Shown here: one piece after another, positions 36,601-49,704 of the stretch
Numbering within the stretch: position 1 is the first letter of the stretch
Layout of the letters: every line of letters starts with the position of its first letter
Assembly: GCA_951406725.2 (NCBI GenBank)
Contig: OX597828.1
Location: 59,148,001-59,212,000 of the forward strand
Length of the DNA: 64,000 nt
Direction of reading: 5' to 3'
DNA from: Octopus vulgaris
Taxonomy: Eukaryota
Notes under the pieces: generated by a model
What the model saw: the letters and a program-made list of their open reading frames with translations, nothing else
Databases searched by the model: none
What the model was told of the DNA's origin: nothing
Made by a program: the position numbers and the translations under genes

Positions 36601-39600
36601 GTGAAGTAAATGATGTTATAAATGAGGTCAAGGTAAGAGTTTCGGTCTTCTAAATACTTTACAACTCCTTCTTTTCTGGATATACTTTCATGTTTTCTAT
36701 GCAGCTTCTTTCTTTTTTTTGGTGGTGGTGGGGGGATTAAGAATGCTATCTTGGCTGCGAGATTAAGTTGTTGGGCTATTACTTTCAGTGCCTTGAGTTC
36801 AGATTCTATTACAGTTGTTGGCTTGTTTATATTTACAAGAAAAGCAAACTGCTTTCCTGACCTCACAAACTGGAAATATAAGTTAAACAGGCAAAATATA
36901 AGAAAAAAGTATGTACTAGTTCCTCATACATGATTTGACAGCTTTGTCAGGCAGCAAGTCAACAAATACACTGGCTGACAGGAACCACCCCTTGTGCAAT
37001 TTGAGGGAACTTGATGATGATACCAGTTCCTAAAACAAATACATGATATAACAGTTTATACACTCAAGATTTCAGACTGTTCTTTGTAAGGAAACAAAAT
37101 GGGGAAGTTTATTTATTTTAGATATTCAAAGTATCAAAGAAAGTATTTTGTAAACATAACCAGAAAGCTTTTGCAAAATGTCTTTAATTAGCAATAGTTA
37201 GTAATTATGTCTTCTATAATGCCTACACTGAAAGAAGTATATCTTTTATAGTTAGTCCTAGTAGCATTTCCTACCACCTAATTAATAAGCATTATACTGT
37301 GGTCACCCCCAGGACAGACTCTAAATAACCAGGGCAGAAAGGAATTTTAACTACTCCAATTATAAATACATTTATTTGAAAGATATTCCTGGGTCATAAT
37401 CTGATGGCAATAATTCCCCAAATCATACATTATTTTCATGGTGTAAAATAATATGGAAAAGGTTGCAAGATGCAACAAAAATTTTAGGAAAATAAAAGTA
37501 AGAAATAAGTGGAAATTTTACCGGTGAGTGCGTTACATTATAAGGCACAAAAAGAAAATGACTCTCCCCAGACGCAACAGAATATGCTTCAACACACGAA
37601 CTCATATAAAGAATCTTGCAAACCAAATCCCAAAACGAAATATGGAAATATATCCTCCATAAAACATCTGCTAAAATTATGAACTTATTTTAAAGTATAC
37701 ATCTGAGGAAGTTATTTTGAGATTGGGGAAGAATTGCATATTCTTCCAGGGTATTTACTTGGGTATATTTTCTGCTCATGTGAAATATCGAAGTTTGCTT
37801 AGGTATCAATTGTTAAATCTGCTGCTACTGGGATTTTTCTGCTTCCAAGTAACTCAGTTTACTTCAAAAAATTTCATCTACCTGGTCCTTGCGAAGTGAC
37901 TGAAATTAAAGCCAAGCATTGTCTCTAACAACAGCTTAACTCTCATCATCATCATCAGTTAACGTCCACTTTCCATGGGTTCAACGATTTGACTGAGGTT
38001 TGGCGAACCAGATGGCTGCACCAGACTCCAATCTGATCTGGCAGAGTTTCTACAGCTTGATGCCCTTCCTAATGCCAACCACACCGAGAGTGTAGTGGGT
38101 GCTTTTACATGCCACCGGCACGAGGGCCAGTTAGGTGATGCTGGCAAAGGCCACGCTCAAATGGTGTTTTTTTATGTGCCACCTGCACAGGAGCCAGTCC
38201 AGTGGCACTGGCAATGACCTTGCTCGAATGTTTTTTTTTTTCACGTACCACCAGCACAAGTGCTAGTAAAGCGATATTTATAATCTTACTACACAGTTGG
38301 TATAATATTAACTATCAGATCTAAGTGATGAGAATAATGAGAACAATGATGACAAAGATAATGATATCCACTGTTGACGTGTAATCCACTGTCGAATTAC
38401 ATGTCTACATTGCTAGAGCATTGTGGCTAAAACTCTAGATTAGGAAAAAATGTTTGATATCAGAATGTTTGCACTCACAATTTACATAGCATATTTTGTG
38501 GCAGATAAGTTAACCTAGTTAATAGTGTAAGCATTCAGACATCATTAATACTTTTCCAAACTCTGCTTCAGTCCACATAGTATTTTTGGTTCTCCAAAGA
38601 CATCTAATTGTATAAGATGATGTACCTGTTTTTTTTTTTAGCTGTAAATTTTGGTCTAAAAGTTTCAACTTACGTGTCAGAAAATACAGCATAAAGTAAG
38701 CAGAACTGTAGAACCTTCCGACCTATCCTACCATTATAGGAATTTACAAGAATGAAAATTTTTCTCACCAAGTCATGCATTGTCTTTTGCTCTCTGCAGG
38801 TATTCTTCATTGATTTTGGAAATGTTCAGTGGATTCCAGAGAGTAACATACAGTCACTGGCCTCTCAGTTTACACATCTTCCACACCAGTCTGTGGAATG
38901 TTGTCTTAATGGAATAGTTTCAGCCTCTGATAGTGGTTTATGGACCCAAGAAGCCAAGTAAGCACCAATGGGATTTCAGTTTCTTGTTTTATTTATTGAT
39001 GTTTTTGTTGCTGTATATGATACGCAGTTGTTCCAGGTGAGTCTCATTTACTAGACTGCAACATATGAAAGAAAATATCACCAGAAACTATCATACACTC
39101 TCATAGAAACCTATCAAATAACTATACATTTCTCTAAACTCTTCACTGTACATATCAGCTCTCTTAATTCTATTCTATTTGTCCTCTTTATAGAGATCTA
39201 TTACATTCTCTACCGCTATCTTTTGAAGATGATAAAAAAACAAATTATTCTTTTATTCTTTTACTTGTTTCAATCATTTGACTGCAGCCATGCTGGAGCA
39301 CTGCCTTTACCTATAATTTCCTTGTTTCAGGGATTATTTTCTGGAATTGGTTGATGATAAAGTATTAGTTGCCTCCATAAAAGCCATGTAAGCAAATATT
39401 TCATTTACAATATTTTGTGTTTGTAACGTTTATTTATAACAGTCTTGAAAAAAATGCTATTACCATTTTTATCTTGTTGCGACTCATTTTTTTAATATCA
39501 TTTATATTATTTCTTATTAGGCAAAGATGTGTGGTTAAGAAGCTTGCATTACAGGCATGTGCTTTGTGGTTCAGTCCTTCTGTGTGGCACCTTGAGCAAC

Positions 39601-41973
39601 TATCTTCTACTTTAGCTCTGGACTGACCGATGCCTTGTGAACAAATTTGTTAGATGGAAACTGTGTAGAAGCCCATTGTGTGTGTATCCACGTTTATATG
39701 TGTCTGTGCATGTATATGTTTGTGTGTGTGTGTTTGTGTTTGTTTGTTAATCACTATAGTATATTCCACATGGCGGATCCGATTCCCATTCTTGAATGAA
39801 CTGATTGATACCTGTGGAATATACTACAGTGATTAACAACCTTAACTCTACTATGTCAGATAATTCAGTTTAACAACAAAGGGATTAAGTCAATTACACT
39901 AACTCCTGTGTGTAACTGGTACATATTTAATCAACTCCGAAAGGATGAAAGGCAAAGTCAACCTTGACAGAGTTTGGACTCAGAATGTAACGGCAGATGA
40001 AATATCGCTAAGCATTTTGCCCGGTGTGCTAACGTTTCTGTCAGCTCGCTGCCCTTATAACTCTGGATATTGATGTTTGGTGTGAAATACATAAAAGTAA
40101 CAGGAGAGCTATTTTGACAGAAGCAACCCAGCTATGGTAATGTGGTAAAATGGGAAACAAAAGAAAATTTATTAAATTTTAATTTTTCTCAGTGAGGAAG
40201 ACCTCTAAGAAGAGTGGTTTGTGTGGAAGTTTAGATTATCTTATCTGCTTAACACTGGATATATTTGTCTATTTATTGAGATACTATTTTAAAAGTTATT
40301 GTCATTCTTTTAATTGATAAGAGGTGGATTTTGTAAGTTACTGCAAATCATGAATGAACGCAAGTTATTCATCCATCCATCCATTTTTGCCACCCGCTGT
40401 TCTGGGAGGGTTGTTCGGGGGAGAATCCTCAAGGATTTCCTCCACTGAATCCTATCAGAAGCTGCCATCATTACACTTTCTGGCTGAATTCCCAAGCATG
40501 ACCAACTGAGACCATCTCATTCATAATTAACCCCTATGACTCCTACCTGTTGACTCAACTTGAAAAACTCATTTTATGATTCTTTTCTCTAACATTCTAA
40601 TCACAAGTCCATAGTATGCATTAACCTGTGTGTAGCCTCCCACTTCATAGCCATCCATCTGATGTACTGGTACGGACATGTCCTCCATCTCCTGCTACAT
40701 CATCCTACCAGGGCTTTACTCTCATTTAATGCAGCAGCTGCAGGCTCAGGCTCCCACACCAGATGGCTGGATGTGATTGAGGAAGATCCCCAGTGGCTCA
40801 GTATCACCTTGGAGGATACAAAGGGGCTGGTACAGGACTGCCAACAATGGAGAGCACTATGGGACCTGGTTGGCTCTACACGTGATGATGCCTCTTGAAC
40901 CACTAACTTGGAATCACCCCAGACCCATCAAGCAAGAGCATGAAGCCAAGCTAAGCCATAATACTAGAACTGCAATCTCTCAATATGGAGAAGTAATGAT
41001 TCAGTTTGGGGATACTCCCTGGTCTCCAAGCTATACACCCTGTTGAGTAACATTACTCCAAAGATACTTCAGAGGAACCCTATTTTTGTATGTGCAGTCA
41101 AACTTGTTCAGTCATTACCCACTATATGTACTGTTGAGTCCAAACCATTTATTTGTAGTTAAAGATAAGACAATATTTATCTCTGCTTGCCGACTTGAAA
41201 ATAAATGCTGTTTTCATTATTGTCATAAAGAACATCCAGTTATGCAGATGCTTAGTCCAACAACCCATAAACAAATATTTAAAGTTTCTAAAATATCCTG
41301 TTAGAGACAGCATGAAAAATGCATGTAAACCAATAAATAAAAATAACTGTTGAATGCTTCACTTTTTAGCACTGGTAGATAAAGTGAATGCTGGAATTTT
41401 GTAGTTCCGATCTTACCTAACTTGACATAACCTGCACCTCTCTTAGTGAAAAGTGAGTAATGGGCTGTGGAAACTAGAAGATTCACATGAATAAGTTTAT
41501 GTTCATAAAAAGTAACTGAATGGTTGAAATAGCAATTTGGTGGAGCTCCAACTTATGTAATCTTTAGTTAACAAAATTACTGATAGTCTAGCATCATATT
41601 CCAGAAATGTGTCGCAGATACATAATAATGGAGTGATGAACCATCCAGATCCAGCCAAGAAGAGGTGAATCATAAATTAAAGGAATTCCAAGTCACTGAA
41701 TCTACCTATTAAAATATAACACAATAATAATTCTAGTGTATTTCTTCCTATATCTCGTTTCTTTGATTTATTTTATATTAATTTTGTCCTTTTCTTTCTT
41801 GTAGAATGTGCCGGCGCATGTATATTGACCTTTACGACACATATCAGATACCAGAGAAGAACATTGCTGATGAATTAATTCAAGCTGGAGTTGCAAAGAG
41901 GAATCTGTCAGCAGATGGAAATTTATCAACAGCTTCTAATTTAACTCTGTCCAAGAACTACATACCTGGATAG
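27523..41973 (+). CDS. Multi-exon gene, 5'-partial: CCCH zinc finger plus extended Tudor domain protein (Krimper/TDRD-like). Exons 27523-27621, 29146-29325, 35066-35114, 36488-36632, 38800-38957, 39331-39387, 41805-41973
   Basis: All seven exons have AG acceptors and (except the terminal one) GT donors with matching phases (1,1,2,0,2,2). They splice into one open 857-nt frame (~284 aa) ending in TAG at 41971-73. Confidence 0.88.
29146..29325 (+). CDS. Tudor-gene exon: N-terminal beta strands of the extended Tudor domain
   Basis: ...ELPLVGSLVGVEVSAIINPAHFYLILPWGK... (V-x-V-S-x-I-x-x-P-x-x-F-Y motif). Acceptor ttcAG, donor GTAAG. Confidence 0.88.
29530..34805 (-). repeat. Tandem array of ~34 copies of a 153-bp tRNA-SINE 5' head, followed by a single probable SINE tail (intronic, antisense to the Tudor gene)
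   Basis: Junction CTAGTGGTAC at 29761, 29914, 30067 ... 34653 gives a period of 153 and 33 junctions by arithmetic. The unit's reverse complement matches the family B SINE head at 24748 and 57888. Array proper is 29627-34805; probable tail is 29530-29626. Confidence 0.95.
35066..35114 (+). CDS. Tudor-gene 49-nt exon
   Basis: (D)YETKEETLADLQKDL, a helical segment. Acceptor aatAG, donor GTATGA; phases fit both neighbours. Confidence 0.8.
36282..36470. repeat. Degenerate ~35-bp AT-rich minisatellite (5-6 copies)
   Basis: Recurrent TATTT..CT.TATAAAC.TGT.TATCTTA.GTAA units immediately upstream of the 36488 acceptor. Confidence 0.6.
36488..36632 (+). CDS. Tudor-gene exon: Tudor core, first half
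   Basis: GELVAARAVVDQDWYRARICEV, the canonical D-x-x-WYRA Tudor motif. Confidence 0.92.
38800..38957 (+). CDS. Tudor-gene exon: Tudor core, second half
   Basis: VFFIDFGNVQWI...FTHLPHQSVECCLNGI...W, with canonical DFGN and LP-x-Q-x-x-x-C-x-L motifs. Confidence 0.92.
39331..39387 (+). CDS. Tudor-gene 57-nt exon
   Basis: DYFLELVDDKVLVASIKA. Acceptor tttcAG, donor GTAAGC, phase 2/2. Confidence 0.85.
39744..39839. repeat. Small hairpin/MITE with ~27-bp arms
   Basis: TTGTTAATCACTATAGTATATTCCACA pairs with TGTGGAATATACTACAGTGATTAACAA. Confidence 0.75.
40640..40900 (+). mobile_element. RTE-type LINE ORF2 3' fragment; another at ~42720-43030
   Basis: WYGHVL...TRWLDVIEED...QD..QWRAL, a typical RTE C-terminus. 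Confidence 0.7.
41805..41973 (+). CDS. Tudor-gene terminal exon
   Basis: MYIDLYDT...NIADELIQAGVAK, the typical extended-Tudor C-terminal strand and helix, then stop TAG. Confidence 0.88.
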
Positions 41974-44900
41974 AACTGTGACCTCACCAATAACTTTGTA
42001 CATTAAAATTATGCTTTATTTTTGATAATTCAACTCCGGCTGGTTTATTTTTTATAGCTTCACATACCTGACTTACAGATAATATATATTTCAAACAGAA
42101 CACCAAAGCAAGATCTTGTGCTCTGTAAAATGACAATTATACATTTCTTTGTAGATCTTTTCCCCTTTTCTATTGTAAAGAATTTAATGGTTGTATCTAC
42201 TTCTTTAATGAAGTGGGTATCTTCATAACATCTAGTCAATATCTACTTCATTGATAGCTAGTCAGTGTTTACTTCTTAACACAGCTAATGGTTCTATGAC
42301 CTGTTCACTGTATTTTATTCCTCCAAGTAACTATTGACCTCTTCTCATCTTGCTGATATGTTACAACTTCAATAGAACAACTGATTCTGTGATATCCAGT
42401 GAGTACTTAAGTCCTTGATAAACGAGTGGATTATCTACTGAGTACTTGATTTCTTCATAAAACCAGTGGAGACATGCATAAGCAATACATTTTGATGAAT
42501 TTTGAACTTTCTCTTTCCATTGTCTCTTTCTTTTCATTCATTTCTTGATCTTTTCTCATTTTTGTAATTAAAATATTTCATATGTTGTTAAATTTTCCAC
42601 CTGATCTGATTAAAATTACTCCAAGATAAATTAATCAGATGGAGATAACCTGAAGTCTCCTCCTTTAACAAAATCAAGAGCTGGATGCTATTTAGATCCT
42701 AAAATGTAAATTCCTGCTGCTTAATTTGTTGACGGTACATACACAAGAATGCTTCATGCAATTCTCAGACTTTCTTGGCAGCAACAGATCTACAAAGCAG
42801 TGACTTGGTAGTCAGAGAAAGAACATATTATGCATGACACTGCTGGAGAAACCAAGATGAAATATCCATCGATTGCCTTTTCTGGGAACTCATACATGGA
42901 CATACAAATATTGGTAGACCAAGAAGAGCATATATTGACCAACTTGTGGAACCCAGTGGCCATCAAGTTGAGGATATAAAAACTGTTCTGGAAGATTGGG
43001 TCATCTGGTGTTGAAGAGTTGTATTGATCCTGGCAAATTGCCCAGCTGAATAGAGAAATAGAAGGCTAAATTACCTTTCATAGAAGTTCAGCTGTTGGGA
43101 AATATTTGATATCATAAATTGATGATGACTGTTATTATTGTTGTTGCTATTAAATATCTTGGCCCTGATATGATGGTAGTTGATGAGATTAGACAGTTGT
43201 GATAGCATTTCTAATTGTGGCTGGAAATTATGAATCATGTTGTTTTAAGGTTTTGCTCATATAGCATATGGTCCTTGTTATATATTTCTTGCTTCACTGG
43301 CACCTACCAACGTCGCTTCACTGGCACCCCTTACCAACGTCGCTTCACTGGCACCTGTGCCGGTGGCACGTGTAAAAAGATTTGAGCGAGGCCATTGCCA
43401 GTACCGCCTGACTGGCCCCCGTGCTGGTGGTAAGTAAAAAAGCACCCACTACACTCTCGGAGTGGTTGGCGTTAGGATGGGCATCCAGCTGTAGAAACTC
43501 TGCCAGATCAAGATTGGAGCCTGGTGCAGCCATCTGGTTCGCTAGCCCTCAGTCAAAATTGTCCAACCCATGCTAGCATGGAAAGCGGCCGTTAAACGAT
43601 GATGATGATGATGATGTGATATCTTCTTTACTTCATCTCTCTGTATTGCTAGTGGTGTTGGAGGGTGGTCATTTGGAAAACACAAATGCCTTGAAGAAAT
43701 TATGATTTTCAAAGTGCCAAAGACAGCTTCTTCCATGTTTATATTATCTGAGTACAAACTATCTGAGTACATATCTGAGTAAGTACTATCTCAGTACATA
43801 TTATCTAAGAATGTATCATCTGAGTATGTATTATTTGAGTATATATTATCCCAATATATATCTATGTTTCAAATCTTAAAAAGGGTAAATTACATTTCAT
43901 GCTTCAGGAGTAAATAACGACCAGTAATATATTGTTTGTTCCTTCTCGAGCCATGCCTGGCTCATAAGGGCCGGTTTCCTTGGTGTATAGGAAGGGCATC
44001 CAGCTTTAGAAACTCTGCCAGATCAAGATTGAAGCCTGGTGCAGCCATCTGGTTCACCAGCCCTTAGTCATACGTCCAACCCATGCTAGCATGGAAAGCG
44101 GACGTTAAACGACGATGATGATGATGATGATAATGATGATAGGTTCCCCACCTGGACAGGATGCTGGTCTGTCGCAGGTGAGCTGCAAGATGCAGGAGGA
44201 AAGAGTGAGGGAAAGTTGTGGCGAAAGAGTCTGCAGAAGTTCACCATTACCTTCTGCCGGAGCCGCGTGGAGCTTAGGTGTTTCACTCATAAACACACAC
44301 ATCGCCTGGTCTGAGATTCGAACCTGCGATCCCTTGACTGCGAGTCCGCTGCTCTAACCACTAGGCCATGTGCTTCCACAGTAATATATTGTTGTTTTCG
44401 GCGGTGAGCTGGCAGAAATGTTAGCGTGCCGAGCGAAATGCGTAACGGTATTTCGTCTGTCGTTACGTTCTGAGTTCAAATTCCGCTGAGGTTGATTTTG
44501 CCTTTCATCCTTTTGGGGTCGATAAATAAAGTACCAGTTTCACACTGGGGTCAATGTAATTGACTTAATCCCTTTGTCTGTCCTTGTTTGTCCCCTCTGT
44601 GTTTAGCCCCTTGTGGGCAGTAAAGAAATATATATTGTTGTTATCAACTGAGCTCTCTTACTTCACAAAGAATGGGTTTATGTTTCAGTAAGAAGTATAA
44701 AAAAAACAACAAACCATTAACAATTATTCCAAACAAGAGTTATTGCTGCTACTGATGATAATGGTAGAAATATTTTTTTTGTTATTCAGTCAACTGTGAC
44801 ATTTATTTTGTTTTTCTGCAAACAAAAAGTAGAAATCTCAGCATCATTGTTTAGACAGTAAGATAAGAATAAATTTCAAGGAGAAAGACTTGGTCACTGA

Positions 44901-47900
44901 ACAAAACAGTGTATCACAAATACACATATGCATGCGTGCGCGCGCACACACACACACACACACACACATGCATACATCTACCATCAGCATTTCTATTACA
45001 TATGTTATTGCTATTCTTTTCTATTCCACCACATCATCATCATCATTATAACGTCCACTTTTCTAAGCTTGCATGGGTCAGATATAATTTGTTGAGGCAG
45101 ATTTTCTATAGCCGGATGCTTTTCCTGTCACCAACCCTTGCCTGTTTCCAGACATGTTTTCACAAAAGACTAAAAGTATACGTATGAATGCGTATGTGTG
45201 TTTATATGCACATGTTTGGGTCTCTTGCCCAATTGGTCCCTGTCAAGTCTACATCTGCTGCCTCCCTTCCATGTTTGATATCCTCTCATCTCCTTCAGCT
45301 TTCCATCCCTCTTCTTCCTTTCTATTATTCTTCTCCCCATCAATCACCCTCATTCTACTCTAAATCTCTTCTATTTGCTTTATAATTATTTTAATGCGAC
45401 TAAAGAAGGCATCATTTCTCGAGCCATCATTACACCTATCACTACTCACCCTCTCTTCTGTTTGCTGTATTACTCTGATGGAAGACTACACACAAGGAAG
45501 ACTATATACAATACACCTTTGTGTACTGACAGTCATCACCACCTCTCTCCCAAGCCACTGTCTATTGGCATCCATCATATACCATTACCCACCTCCATTA
45601 ATACTCATCACTCTCACTCTATATCTTGTTCACCCTCAAACCACCCTGTTTCTACCTTCATACTCTTGTAACTTTTGACACACACTTCCAACCTGATTCT
45701 TCTTTTAAAATTATTTCCTCTTTTACTCATATTCTTCAGGTACTTTGCCTTGAGTGAGAAGTTACATGATTGAGTATTAAAGATTTTCTGGTCTTACAGA
45801 ATACAAGGCAACTTCACTAATGCCAGTGCCTTGATAAAAATGCACCCAGTACACTTTGTAAAGTGATTGGCAAATGGTTGAAGATAAGCTGGGTTTGAGA
45901 AGACGTTACAGTTTTGTCTAGAACATGACAATCTCCTAATAAAATACATCTAGTTCACTCTAAAGTGGTTGGCAATAGAGACCAAGTCAAAACAAAATTG
46001 AAATGTTTTAGTGAGATAAGATCCCCCAACCTACTTTGGAGGGTGGTAAATTTGAACAAAACTGACTGTGATAATCCATCTAACTCATGCTAGCATGGAA
46101 GTGAACATTAAACAATGCTGCTGCTTGTTGTTGTTAAGCAACAAGACGGGTAAGGCCGATTAGGTGATGGTCTAGGGCTTAGGGGCGGGAGACCCCAGAC
46201 CTTGGGGAAAAAAAAATCTTTGGTCTTGTTATAGTCGAGGGCTCTTCGTTGATGCCCGACACCACTGGGAGGTGGCCCTTGAAGTCGCTGGAAATGGAGA
46301 TCTCCAGGTCCAAATTCTTGAATGGCTGCTGCTGCTGCCACCTCCACCACTGCTACTACTGCCACTGACAATAATGATGACAACTAGAGTCAGTTCTTAT
46401 TTTAATTTACTCCCCCCCCCCTAGACTGACAAGGGATTATGAAATGTACAAATGTGCTATTAAGTCTGTTTTATTTATACATTTTTTTTACTTGATTTTC
46501 ACCGTTGACTTCATCGGATCACCAATGTTTTATAGACTGAACTGAATGCCTTTTAACTTGCTACCAGTCCTAAAGAGATTGAATTGTTCTTGACAAGATT
46601 AAAGCAGCCTCTTTATGTTGTCTTTTCATTTGACTCTTAACCCTAGGAAAACTAGAGGTTCCTCTTTTTCCTATATTATCTCTGTTCTTTTCTTTCCATG
46701 CAGGATATGAGGATGAGGGAGTGATGAGAGAAAACCAAAGTAATGGGAGTAAGGAAGTGATAGAAGGGAGAGCTAGAGTAGGAATTTGATAGAAAGAGGA
46801 TAAAGACAACTATCTCTGCTCCCCTATTATACTCTAACCTCTTGCCTGGTATACAACCACTTCCTTTGGTTCCACTCCTCCTCTCAAGTAAGAGGTCTCT
46901 GCCTTGCAAGCTCTTTGGTGACCCCACTGGTGCTGGTGCCATGTAAAAAGCATCCAGTACACTCCGTAAGGTGGTTGGCATTAGGAAGGGCATCTGTAAC
47001 AACCATGTCAAAACAGACAATTCGGGCTTGGTGCAGCTCCCTGGCTTACCAGCTCCTGTCAAACCATCCAATCCATGCCTGCATAGAAAACAGATGTGAA
47101 TGATTATGATGTTGATGATGGACTTCTTTTATTTTCTATCGATCAAATCCAAACACAAAGTTTTGTTTGGCCCAGGGCTATAGTAGAAGACACTTGCCCT
47201 AGGTGCCACACAGTGGGATTGATCCTGGAATATGATTAGGAAGCAAACTTCTATAATAATGCTGAAAAATTGATAGACACTTAAATTAGTTGATCAGATA
47301 AATGTAGCAATATGATCAGCTATGCTATTATATTCTGTGGTTGATTCCTGATAGAATTCTCTGAAAACTGACTTTCACAAGGAAGGCAGTTCAAGGAAGG
47401 CATGGTTGGTAATTTTCACCCTACAGTGTATAAACTCATTGAAGCCCCTTGCCTGGAACAATCACGTATATGAAAGAACTGAAGTAGAAATAATTATAGT
47501 CATATGTACTTGTATTTTAGTTGAAACTATAGCTTTAATAAGAGTTACCTTTCTTAGATATTTAACATTGATAACAGCTAAGGAGCTAGAAACATTGGTA
47601 TCTCGGAATCCTGACAGATGGTGACATTGGAAAGATATGGTGTTTTTACACCTTTTTGCATCAAAAGAAAATTTTCTCCATGGTAACTGCAGTAAATTTG
47701 TCTTTTAGCAGTTGAAATATGTCACAAACATATTTAACTAACCTAAACTTTGCATATAGGCACAGGAGTGGCTGTGTGGTAAGTAGCTTGCTTACCAACC
47801 ACATGCTTCCGGGTTCAGTCCCACTGCGTGGCATCTTGGGTAAGTGTCTTCTACTATAGCCCTGGGCCGACCAATGCTTTGTGAGTGGATTTGGTAGACG

Positions 47901-48780
47901 GAAACTGAAAGAAGCCTGTCGTATATATGTATATATATATATGTGTGTGTATGTGTATATGTTTGTGTGTCTGTGTTTGTCCCCCTAGCATTGCTTGACA
48001 ACCGATGCTGGTGTGTTTACGTCCCCATCACTTAGCGGTTCGGCAAAAGAGACCGATAGAATAAGTACTGGGCTTACAAAGAATAAGTCCCGGGGTCGAT
48101 TTGCTCGACTAAAGGTGGTGCTCCAGCATGGCCGCAGTCAAATGACTGAAACAAGTAAAGAGAGTAAAGAGTATATATATATATATATATATATATGGCA
48201 CATGGAGTGACTGTGTGGTAAGTAGCTTGCTTAATGCCTTAATGGCGAATTTTCATGAAATAAAGTAGCTTGCTTACCTACCACATGGTTCCGGGTTCAT
48301 TCCCACTGCGTGACACCTTGGGTAAGTGTCTTCTACTATAACCTCAGGCCAACCAAAGTCTTGTGAGTGGATTTGGTAGACGGAAACTGAAAGAAGCCCG
48401 TCGTATATATGTATATATATGTGTTTGTGTGTCTGTGTTTATCCCACCAACATCGCTTGCTGGTTTGTTTACGTCCCTGTAACTTAGCGGTTCAGCAAAA
48501 GAGACTTATAGAATAAATACTAGGCTTACAAAGAATAAATCCTGGGGTCGATTTGCTCGACTAAAGGCGGTGCTTCAGCATGGCCACAGTCAAATGATTG
48601 AAACAAGTAAAAGAGAATATATATATAAGGGGAAGTAAGAAGAAAAATAAGCGAAAATGCACATTGGAAATCAAAAAAGTAAAGGCTTTTTATGGAAAGT
48701 AACGATAGATATATACAATTAGATGAACTGAGGTAGGAATAAAAGTAATAAAAGTCATTGTGAATTGTTAAAGAGATTTA

Positions 48781-48819
48781 AAAGCATACCGGTTTCGTAA
48801 AATTACTAATCATTGCTTT
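48781..48819 (-). ncRNA. Minimal hammerhead motif in the left inverted pLTR (core AUGAUUA, A3:U8)
   Basis: Minus strand: AAAGCA ATGATTA GTAA-TT-TTAC GAAAC CG GTA TGCTTT. Confidence 0.55.
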
Positions 48820-49665
48820 GAATGCACACCAATTCCATTAAGGGAAGTTAACCGAAATACTAAACCAGACTTAAACATACTCCCATACATCCCCATACAT
48901 AATAGAAACAACAAAGCCTTCAACATTGCCATCTGAAATCTACCCATCCTCGCAGGAGATAAAACAATGAACAAAATTTTAGGCTCACACAAAATTAGCA
49001 AAAGCAAAATGCAACCTAAATCATTGAAAAAATGTTAACCAGTGCAAGTCTATATCTATTAATAACAGAATCAAAAGTGAAAAAAATGTGGTCAACCTAA
49101 CTGTGGTACATGCCCCCACCTTTTGGAGGGTTCAGAGTTCCACTTTAAACAAGGTGAAATGTTTAAGATTAAATCAAATTTCACCTGTGCCTCAGAAAAT
49201 CTAATCTATGCCATTACATGCTTAGGGTGTGGTAATAATTATATTGGCCAAACAAGAATATTACTCCGTCGAAGAACCACTCTCCACAAAGAACAAATCC
49301 GCCACCCACAATACAGACAGAGACAAGTAAGTGAACACATAGAAAGGTGTGCTAGGAATCTTAATCCTAATTTTTCCCTTCTTTCAATGTTCACAGAACA
49401 CCTTAGTACAACAAAGAATGAATAAAGAGGCAACTTTTATCAATAAATATCTTCCACAACTCAATATGAACACATGACATAATACAGAACACTACTAGCC
49501 TTTCAATTAGTACCACTAACCCCCATACATCCCATACACCATTCACACTACAGATCTATATCTACCCTAATTGCACCAAATCCAGAACTACTTACCTCCC
49601 TTACTCATAATCTTTTTACTCAGGGACTAGTAGACCTGACACCGTTCAGTAATCGGTGTGCATTC

Positions 49666-49704
49666 AAAGCAATGATGAGTAATTTTACGAAACCGGTATG
49701 CTTT
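49666..49704 (+). ncRNA. Minimal hammerhead motif in the right pLTR (core AUGAUGA, C3A)
   Basis: AAAGCA ATGATGA GTAA-TT-TTAC GAAAC CG GTA TGCTTT. Confidence 0.6.

Noticed and set aside
37454-37640. GTTGCA-AGA-TGCAAC hairpin followed by AAAAATTTTAG at the end of a dispersed repeat (second copy 2501-2620) as an HHR
   Set aside because: The 5' core and stem I are missing and GAAA reads AAAA. At most a truncated remnant; a family consensus is needed.
46135-46325. GC-rich block as an rRNA fragment or exon
   Set aside because: No recognisable rRNA motif or splice-compatible frame; left unassigned
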